Shown here one piece after another: positions 56,872 through 64,000 of a stretch of 64,000 bases of DNA. The notes under the pieces were generated by a model, which saw only the letters and a list, made by a program, of their open reading frames with translations, ran no database searches and had not been told where the DNA came from. Position 1 is the stretch's first letter. Every line of letters starts with the position of its first letter. Origin of the DNA: Vicinamibacteria bacterium. GTDB lineage: Bacteria > Acidobacteriota > Vicinamibacteria > Marinacidobacterales > Marinacidobacteraceae. Location of the stretch: NCBI GenBank assembly GCA_965199715.1, contig OZ241322.1, forward strand, positions 1,344,001 to 1,408,000. The letters run 5' to 3'. The translations under genes were made by a program, and so were the position numbers.

Positions 56872-59800
56872 CCCAGAAGAAGGAAAACTGGGACGCCGTC
56901 CATTTCCACGACGCGCCGAAGCTGAAGTGGACCCGCAACGCGATCGGCCACCCGCTCACGGTGTACTTCTTCATCGCCGTGATCTGCCTCGCCGGCGTGG
57001 GCGTGTACACCTCGCTGCCCAGGGAGTCGTTCCCCGAGGTCGAGGTCCCGTTGGTCCTCGTCCACACGATCTACCCGGGAGTCAGCCCGACCGACATGGA
57101 AGCGGTGGTGACGCGGCCGATCGAAACCGAGATCAAGGCGGTGAGCGGCGTCAAGGAGATGCGCTCCACGACGAGCGAGGGCGTCTCGATCATCGAGGTC
57201 GAGTTCGAGACCGGCGAGGACCGGCAGGAAGTCCTCACGCTGGTGCGCGAGCAGGTGGACCTCGCCCGTCCGCTGCTCCCGGCGGAGGCCGAGGAGCCGC
57301 TGGTCCGGGATCTCGACTTCGCGGAATTCCCGGTCATGGTGGCCACGCTCTCGGGGCCGGTGGGCGCCGGACGGCTGACCGACGTGGCGGAGGAGGTCCA
57401 GGAGGATCTCGAGACGCTCGCCGGCGTCAGTCAGGTGAGCCTCGTCGGCGGCCGGGAGCGCGAGGTCGAGGTGCAGGTGGACCCCAAGCGGCTCCAGTTG
57501 TTCGAGCTCAGCCTCACCGACGTGGTCGCCGCGATCGCCCGCGAGAACCGCAACGTTCCCGGCGGGGAGATCAACATCGGCGGCCTCGACTACCTGGTCC
57601 GCCTGCCCGCCGAGATCCGCGATCCCTCGCAGATCGAGGACTTCGTCGTCAAGGTGCGCGAGGGCGATCCGGTGTTCATCCGCGACGTGGCCGACGTCCG
57701 GTTCGGGTTCAAGGACGAGGAGACCCGGTCCCGGGTGGATCGGGAGCCGGCGGTGACCCTGACGATCACGAAGCAAGCCGGCGCGAACCTCGTCGGGGTC
57801 GCGGACCTCGTCAACGAGCGGCTGGACGACTGGGACGACCGGCTGCCGCCGGGAGTCCAGACGGCCGTCATCGGCGACATCTCGGTGGAGATCCGCCGGA
57901 TGGTGAACGAGCTGGAGAACAACGTCATCTCCGGGCTGCTGCTGGTCGTGGCCTGCCTCATGGCCTTCGTGGGGCTGCGCAACTCGTTCTTCGTCGGCGT
58001 GGCCATTCCGTTCTCGATGCTGCTGGCCTTCCTCGCCATCGGCGCGATCGGCTACACGCTGAACATGATGGTGCTGTTCAGCCTGATCCTAATGCTCGGG
58101 ATGCTGGTGGACAACGCGGTCGTGATCGTGGAGAACATCTACCGGCACCGGGAAATGGGCGAATCCGGGAAGGAGGCCGCGCTGCGGGCCACCCGGGAAG
58201 TCGCGAGCCCGGTGATCGCCTCGACGATCACGACGCTGTGCGCGTTCTCGCCGCTGCTGGTCTGGCCCGGCATGATCGGGAGCTTCATGTCGTACCTGCC
58301 GGTGACCGTCATCATCGGCCTCTCCGCGTCGCTTCTCGTCGCCCTCATCATCAATCCCACGCTGTGCGCCCACCTGATGCGGGCGCCGAAGGCGGTGCGC
58401 GCCGCGCGGGCGGCGGGGGTCCCGTTCGAGGCCCCGCCGCTCGGTTCGGCGGAAGCGATCGCGAACGAGCACGCTTTCCGCCGCGCCTATCGCCACACGC
58501 TCGAATGGGCGCTCGTGCGGGGCGAGAACGAGGGCAGCCGTAGCTGGATGCTGAGGAACTGGGCCCTTCCGACCGTGTTCACGCTGAGCAGCACCACCGC
58601 CATCGTGCTCGCGATGGGGGGCATGTCCACCGGGGCCAGCTCGCTGTTCGCGCCGGCCGCGGCGCTCGGCGGACTCGCGCTGGTCGCCTTCCTGCTCCAG
58701 GGAGTCCTGTGGGCCTCATGGACGCTCGTGCGGCGGCTCTTCGGCTGGGGGCCCTACATCACGGACCACCGGGCCGGAATCATCTGGGCCATGGGTTCCC
58801 TGCTGTTCGTGACCGTGGGGGTGTACGCGTTCGTCGGACCGGGCACCGAGCTGTTTCCGGACGTGGAGCCCCGGCAGATCACGATCAACATCGACGCGCC
58901 GACCGGAACGGGCCTCGAGTCCTCGAACGCGCTCGTGGCCGTGGTCGAGCAGCTCACCGGGGACACGCCGGATCTCCAGAACCAGGTGGCGAGCGTCGGC
59001 GGCGCGACCGTCGGCGTGAACCCCGGCGAGAACATGGGAGGGGGCCGGCAGCACGTCAGCCAGGTCTCCCTCTACCTCCACGAACGGACCGAGCGGCAGC
59101 AGCGCGACTCCTTCGTCACGATGGAGCAGGTGCGGGCGCAGCTCGCCGGGCTGGTGGGCGCCGACGTCAAGGTGGACAAGCCCGACGACGGCCCCCCGAC
59201 CGGAGCCGCGGTCTCGGTCCGGATCATGGGCGACGACCTCGACGAGCTCTCCCGGCTCGCCGAAGTCGCCGAGTCGCGCATCCGGGACGTGGACGGCCTC
59301 GTGAACCTCGACAGCGACATCGAGGCCGGCAGCCCCGAGTTCGTCGTGGACGTGAACCGCGAGGAGGCGATGCGGGCCGGCGTGAACACCCAGATCATCG
59401 CCGCCACCGTCCAGACCGGCGTCCTCGGCGCCGAGGCGTCGAAGTACCGGGTGGCGGAGGACGAGCACGACATCCGCGTCCGCCTGATTCCCGAGGCCCG
59501 CGAATCGCTCGACGCCATCTCCGAGCTCACGGTGCCCGACAAGGACGGCCTGCCGGTGCCCATCCGCACGGTGGCGTCGATCCGCCAGTCGATCGGGCCC
59601 GCCGCGGTGCACCGGGTGGACATGAACCGGACCGTCACTCTCGAGGGCGATGTCGCGCAGGAGTCGGGGCGCACCGACGGGGCGGTGCGGGACGACGTCG
59701 CCGCCGAGATGGAGGCCATGGACTGGCCTCCCGGCTATCGCTGGGAGTTCTCGGGATCCAACGAGGAGGAGCTCGCGGCCACCGCATTCCTCTCCCGCGC

Positions 59801-60374
59801 CTTCGTGATCGCGGTGCTGCTCATCCTCGGCGTGCTGGTCACCCAGTTCGACTCGCTGGTGCTGCCGCTCGTCATCACCTCCTCGGTGGCGCTCTCGATG
59901 ATCGGCGTCTTCTGGGGGCTGATCCTGACGGCGACCCCGTTCGGGATCATCATGACCGGGATCGGGGTGATCTCGCTGGTCGGGATCGTGGTGAACAACG
60001 CGATCGTGCTGCTGGACTTCATCCGCCAGTTGCGACGCGACGGGATGAGCCGGCGCGAAGCGGTCGTGACCGCGGGCTCGATCCGGCTGCGCCCGGTGCT
60101 GCTGACCGCCATCACGACGGTGCTGGGGCTGATCCCGTTGACCGTCGGAGTGAACGTGGACTTCTTCAACCAGACGATCACGACCGGAGGCGAGAGTTCG
60201 CAGTTCTGGTCGGCGATGGGAGTCGCCGTGATTTTCGGCCTGTGCGTCTCGACCGCGCTGACGCTGATCGTCGTCCCCGTCATGTACGACGCGGTGGACG
60301 GCTCCGTCGAGAGGTTCGGCGAGTGGCGGCGCAGCCGGAAGCAGGCCGCCGCCGCTCTCAACCCGGCCGGCTAA
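56868..60374 (+). CDS. RND efflux transporter permease
   Basis: ESFPEV, YPGVSP, GMLVDNAVVIVENI, GIVVNNAIVL, RLRPVLLT. Confidence 0.95.
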   Translation: MTQKKENWDAVHFHDAPKLKWTRNAIGHPLTVYFFIAVICLAGVGVYTSLPRESFPEVEVPLVLVHTIYPGVSPTDMEAVVTRPIETEIKAVSGVKEMRSTTSEGVSIIEVEFETGEDRQEVLTLVREQVDLARPLLPAEAEEPLVRDLDFAEFPVMVATLSGPVGAGRLTDVAEEVQEDLETLAGVSQVSLVGGREREVEVQVDPKRLQLFELSLTDVVAAIARENRNVPGGEINIGGLDYLVRLPAEIRDPSQIEDFVVKVREGDPVFIRDVADVRFGFKDEETRSRVDREPAVTLTITKQAGANLVGVADLVNERLDDWDDRLPPGVQTAVIGDISVEIRRMVNELENNVISGLLLVVACLMAFVGLRNSFFVGVAIPFSMLLAFLAIGAIGYTLNMMVLFSLILMLGMLVDNAVVIVENIYRHREMGESGKEAALRATREVASPVIASTITTLCAFSPLLVWPGMIGSFMSYLPVTVIIGLSASLLVALIINPTLCAHLMRAPKAVRAARAAGVPFEAPPLGSAEAIANEHAFRRAYRHTLEWALVRGENEGSRSWMLRNWALPTVFTLSSTTAIVLAMGGMSTGASSLFAPAAALGGLALVAFLLQGVLWASWTLVRRLFGWGPYITDHRAGIIWAMGSLLFVTVGVYAFVGPGTELFPDVEPRQITINIDAPTGTGLESSNALVAVVEQLTGDTPDLQNQVASVGGATVGVNPGENMGGGRQHVSQVSLYLHERTERQQRDSFVTMEQVRAQLAGLVGADVKVDKPDDGPPTGAAVSVRIMGDDLDELSRLAEVAESRIRDVDGLVNLDSDIEAGSPEFVVDVNREEAMRAGVNTQIIAATVQTGVLGAEASKYRVAEDEHDIRVRLIPEARESLDAISELTVPDKDGLPVPIRTVASIRQSIGPAAVHRVDMNRTVTLEGDVAQESGRTDGAVRDDVAAEMEAMDWPPGYRWEFSGSNEEELAATAFLSRAFVIAVLLILGVLVTQFDSLVLPLVITSSVALSMIGVFWGLILTATPFGIIMTGIGVISLVGIVVNNAIVLLDFIRQLRRDGMSRREAVVTAGSIRLRPVLLTAITTVLGLIPLTVGVNVDFFNQTITTGGESSQFWSAMGVAVIFGLCVSTALTLIVVPVMYDAVDGSVERFGEWRRSRKQAAAALNPAG

Positions 60375-62320
60375 CCGGGCGCGAACAGGTTTCGCGCGCG
60401 GTCGAGGCTGTCCGGGTCGCCCAGCAGCACCAGCGTGTCGCCCTTCCGGTAGCGCGCCTCGGCCTGGCCCTCGCGGATCGGCCGTTGGTCCCGGATGAGC
60501 GCGACCTGGATGACGCCCGTCGCCTTGCGCAGGTCGAGCGAGGCGGCCGATTCCCCGAACGCCGCCTCGACCTCGATCAGGTCGAGCGCTTCGTGGAACC
60601 CGAGCTGCTTGAGCCGGTCCAGCCGGAGGCCGGCGTGCTCCCGATCGCGGAAGAGGCCGTAGTGCTCGGCGCGGAGCGATTCGAGCCGCCGCCAGATCCG
60701 GGTCGGGGGCGCGCCGTAGGACTCGAGCGCGCGGGCGAAGAGCTCCACTGAGGCTTCGAACTCCTCGACGACCACGTGGGTGGCTCCCAGCGCCAGAAGC
60801 TCGTCGATCGCCCGGACGAAGCGCGTCCGCACGAGGACGCGGACCTCGGGATTCAGGTCGCGGGCGGCGGCGGCCCCGCGCCGCTCGGCCTCGAGCGAAT
60901 TGATCGCGAAGACGACGGCGCGGGCGTTCGCGATCCCGGCGCGGCGCAGGAGCCCTTCGCCCGCGCCGTCGCCGTACAGCGCCGTGACTTCGTCGGCCCG
61001 AGCCTGCCGGACGAGGCTCAGGTTCTCGTCCACGACGACGACGCCCACGCCCGCCGCCTTGAGGGCGCGGGCGAGGTAGCGACCGGCGAGGCCGTAGCCG
61101 ACGACGATCGTGTGATCGGCGAGCCCGCCGGTCCGCTCGTCCTCCGGATCGGGCGCGTCGCGCCGGAGCCGCGCGGAAACCGCCGGGCCGACGTGGATCA
61201 GCAGCGGCGCGACCGCCATCGAGAGCACCGCCACGCCGAGGAACAACTGGTAGTGGTCGCCGAGGAAGAGGCCGAGCGGCAGACCGACAGCCGCGAGGAG
61301 GAAGGCGAACTCGCCCACGTGGGCGAGGCCCAGTCCGACCGGAGCCGCCGTCGGGAGCCGGGCGCCCCCCGCGAGGACGCCGGCGGCGGCCAGGAGCGAC
61401 TTCGCGACCAACGCGGCGGCGACGATCCCGAGCACGACGAGCGGCTGCGCGAGCAGGGCGTCGGGCTCGAGCAGCATCCCGACCGACGCGAAGAACACCG
61501 CGCTGAACAACGCGCGGAACGGCAGCACGTCCGACAGCGCCTGCGCGCCGTAGCGGGATCCGGAGAGGATGAGTCCGGCGATGAAGGCCCCGATCGCGAG
61601 CGAGAAGCCGGCGCGGAAGGAGACGAACGCCGCGCCGAAGGCGAGGAACGCGATGCACAGCGTGAACAGCTCGCGATCCCGCAGCAGCGCGATCCGGCCG
61701 AGCGCCCACGGGGCGACGACCCGGCCGCCGAGGACGAGCGCCGCGATGATGAAGAGGCCCCGGCCGAGCTCCCGGACCGCCGCGCCGGCGGCGGCGCCCT
61801 CGAACCCGCCGAGCAGCGGCAGCGCGAGCACGAGCGGCAGCACCGCGAAGTCCTGATAGACGAGCAGCGCGATGGAAGCCCTGCCGACCGGCGCGTCCAG
61901 CTCGCCCCGGTCGGCGAAGCTGCGCGAGACGATCGCGGTGGAGGACATCGACGCGAGCGCCCCGTAGAAGAGCGCGCTCGGAACCGGGACTCCGAGCGCC
62001 AGCGCGCCGAGGAAGAAGGCGCCGATCGTTCCGAGGACCTGGATCGAGCCCCCGACGAGGATCATCCGGGCCCAATGCCGAACCTTCGCGGGCGACAGTT
62101 CGAGCCCGACGGCGAACAGGAGCAGCGCGACGCCGAGCTCCATCAGGGTCTTGATGGAGTCGGGGACCGCGATCAGGCCGAGTCCGGCCGGCCCGACGAG
62201 CACGCCGGAGAGCACGAAGCCGAGAAGCGGCGGGGCCTTGATCCGGTGCGCGAGCGCCACGATCGGGATCGCGAGCCCGGCGAGCAGCAGCAGGTCAGGC
62301 AGCAGTCCAATGTCGATCAC
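60371..62320 (-). CDS. CPA2 cation:proton antiporter with TrkA-N/TrkA-C domains (Kef-like)
   Basis: ELGVALLLFAVGLE, SSTAIV, YQD, GAFIAG, GEFAF, VVGYG, YGD. Confidence 0.92.
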   Translation of the reverse strand: MIDIGLLPDLLLLAGLAIPIVALAHRIKAPPLLGFVLSGVLVGPAGLGLIAVPDSIKTLMELGVALLLFAVGLELSPAKVRHWARMILVGGSIQVLGTIGAFFLGALALGVPVPSALFYGALASMSSTAIVSRSFADRGELDAPVGRASIALLVYQDFAVLPLVLALPLLGGFEGAAAGAAVRELGRGLFIIAALVLGGRVVAPWALGRIALLRDRELFTLCIAFLAFGAAFVSFRAGFSLAIGAFIAGLILSGSRYGAQALSDVLPFRALFSAVFFASVGMLLEPDALLAQPLVVLGIVAAALVAKSLLAAAGVLAGGARLPTAAPVGLGLAHVGEFAFLLAAVGLPLGLFLGDHYQLFLGVAVLSMAVAPLLIHVGPAVSARLRRDAPDPEDERTGGLADHTIVVGYGLAGRYLARALKAAGVGVVVVDENLSLVRQARADEVTALYGDGAGEGLLRRAGIANARAVVFAINSLEAERRGAAAARDLNPEVRVLVRTRFVRAIDELLALGATHVVVEEFEASVELFARALESYGAPPTRIWRRLESLRAEHYGLFRDREHAGLRLDRLKQLGFHEALDLIEVEAAFGESAASLDLRKATGVIQVALIRDQRPIREGQAEARYRKGDTLVLLGDPDSLDRARNLFAPG

Positions 62321-62369
62321 GATGCGTCCAGAATCGTTGTCACTCTACCCGGCGGTACGCTCCCCGGCC

Positions 62370-63848
62370 ATGCTCGCCTTGATCCTTCTCCTGGCCGCCG
62401 CAGGGGCCCAAACGGACCGGGAGGTCGTCGCCGAAATCCGCGAGGAGGGCTTCCACCGGTCGGAGCTCCCCGAGACGCTGTCGTACATGACCGACGTGCT
62501 CGGCGGGAGGCTGACGAATTCGCTCGCGATGGACCGGGCGCAGGACTGGGCGATGTCGGAAATGGAACGGATCGGCCTCGACGCCATCGTCCGCGAGCCG
62601 TTCATGGACTACGGGGCGAGCTGGGACAACGAGTTCTTCTCGCTCCACATGACCGCGCCCGGCTACCAGACGCTCGTCGGATACCCGATCGCCCACACGC
62701 CGGGAACCGAGGGCCGGGTGAGCCTCGACGCGGTGATCGCCGACGTCCGCCTGCGCGAGGACCTCGAGCCGCTACGGGGCCGGCTTCGGGGCAAGGCGGT
62801 CCTCTCGACCCCGCCCGCGGCGGTGGACCGCGCGGTCTTCGCGACCGGTCGTCCCGAGCGCAGCGACGAGGAGATGCGCCGGATCGAGCGCGACGTCCTC
62901 CCGGCACGGCCGCGGACGCGCCCGTCGCCCGATCCGCGGCTGCTCACCCCGGTGGAGCGCCTGCGCTTCTTCGTCGAAGAGGGCGCGGCGGCGGTGCTCG
63001 AGTCCCGCAGCGGCTGGCCGGGGGCGGTCCGGGGCTTCGCCCGTCCGGGGGCCAAGGTGGATCGCTGGGACCGAGAGGCCACACTCGCCTCGGTTCCCGT
63101 CGTGGCGGTGACGCCCGAGCACTACAACCGCATGCACCGCATCCTCGGGCGGGGGATTCCGGTGTCGATCGACCTGGAGATCCGCAACCGGCACGGAGCC
63201 GAGCGCACCGAGGCGGAGAACCTGTTCGCCGACATCCCCGGATCGGACCTCGCCGACGAGCTGGTCATGATCGGCGCCCACTTCGACACCTGGCACGCGA
63301 GCCCGAACGCTTCCGACAACACGTCGGGCGCAGCGGTGATGCTGGAGGCGATGCGGATCCTGAAGACGCTCGGGAGAACCCCGCGGCGGACGATCCGGAT
63401 CGCGCTGTGGTCGGGCGAGGAGCAGGGCATCTTCGGTTCGCGGGCCTACGTCGCCCGCCACTTCAGCGACTCCGAGAGCCGGGAGAAGCTGTCGGCGTAC
63501 TTCAACCAGGACTACGGGCCGGGCCGGTATCGGGGGATCTGGCTCCAGGGCAACGAGCATGTCCGCCCGATCTTCGAGGAGTGGGCGGCGCCGCTGGCCG
63601 ACCTCGGGTTCACCATGCTCGCGCCCGGCAGCGTGGGGAGCACGGACCACGTCGCCTTCGACGAGGCCGGCCTGCCCGGTTTCCAGTTCCTCCAGGCGCG
63701 CGTGGGCGGCACTGGCGGCCACACGAATCTGGACTTCCTCGAGACCCTGCCGATCGACGACCTGAAGCGCAACGCCGTCATCACGGCCGTGTTCGCGTGG
63801 CGCGCCTCGATGGCCGACGCGAAGCTCCCGCGGAAGGGCCGCCGCTGA
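62370..63848 (+). CDS. Secreted M28 family peptidase
   Basis: GGRLTNS, GAHFDTW, DNTSG, WSGEEQGIFGS, TDHVAF. Confidence 0.9.
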   Translation: MLALILLLAAAGAQTDREVVAEIREEGFHRSELPETLSYMTDVLGGRLTNSLAMDRAQDWAMSEMERIGLDAIVREPFMDYGASWDNEFFSLHMTAPGYQTLVGYPIAHTPGTEGRVSLDAVIADVRLREDLEPLRGRLRGKAVLSTPPAAVDRAVFATGRPERSDEEMRRIERDVLPARPRTRPSPDPRLLTPVERLRFFVEEGAAAVLESRSGWPGAVRGFARPGAKVDRWDREATLASVPVVAVTPEHYNRMHRILGRGIPVSIDLEIRNRHGAERTEAENLFADIPGSDLADELVMIGAHFDTWHASPNASDNTSGAAVMLEAMRILKTLGRTPRRTIRIALWSGEEQGIFGSRAYVARHFSDSESREKLSAYFNQDYGPGRYRGIWLQGNEHVRPIFEEWAAPLADLGFTMLAPGSVGSTDHVAFDEAGLPGFQFLQARVGGTGGHTNLDFLETLPIDDLKRNAVITAVFAWRASMADAKLPRKGRR

Positions 63849-63876
63849 CCGCAATCGTCATACTTCCGGGCCGCCC

Positions 63877-64000
63877 GTGAGCTATTTCGATCTCCGATCC
63901 GAGCTGTGGCGGGACGGATTCGAGGCCGCGACGCCGTTTTCCGACTACGTGGCCGCCGGGAACGAACGGGAGCGGGCCAACTGGGCCCGGACGACGGTCG
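63877..64000 (+). CDS. Partial CDS running off the window, possibly thioredoxin family
   Basis: Open frame VSYFDLRSELWRDGFEAATPFSDYVAAGNERERANWARTTV; family is a guess from the N-terminus only. Confidence 0.45.
   Translation, partial: MSYFDLRSELWRDGFEAATPFSDYVAAGNERERANWARTTV

Noticed and set aside
78-63880. Many long antisense or alternate-frame ORFs (e.g. 35247-38747, 58716-62075, 60776-63880, 10342-12978)
   Set aside because: Arg/Pro/Gly-rich shadow frames of real genes, expected from stop-codon scarcity in high-GC DNA; no family motifs.
1-64000. CRISPR array, prophage, IS element
   Set aside because: No regularly spaced repeats, and no cas, phage, transposase or integrase genes recognised on either strand.

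Overview
Very GC-rich, gene-dense bacterial chromosome segment. The TPR+VWA gene pair, the carboxypeptidase-like-domain TonB receptor and the many secreted peptidases suggest Acidobacteriota, and a full Na+-NQR operon suggests a marine organism (both inferences). Core content: amtB-glnK-glnA next to tmRNA (ssrA, tag ADNELALAA), a lytic transglycosylase operon, several secreted hydrolases, a multicopper oxidase, a three-gene succinate dehydrogenase of the mycobacterial Sdh1 type, pcm, hom, ggt, mfd, nqrABCDEF-apbE-nqrM, an RND efflux operon and a Kef-type antiporter. Two small accessory pockets stand out. The first (25.3-27.2 kb) holds a palindrome at the pcm 3' end, a frameshifted lower-GC gene remnant and an intact DriD-like WYL regulator. 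The second (46.9-50.6 kb) holds a broken, truncated TonB receptor, an intact NYN/PIN-like nuclease with a five-cysteine insert, and a frameshifted NucS/DUF4268-like nuclease coupled to it; this pair is the best candidate for an uncharacterised defence module. Across the window many genes look leaderless (TANNNT 5-9 nt before the start codon), and three divergent junctions share a TANNNTA heptamer that reads as a -10 box on both strands. No CRISPR array, rRNA, true tRNA, integrase or transposase was seen. All family calls come from motif recognition by eye, not database searches.
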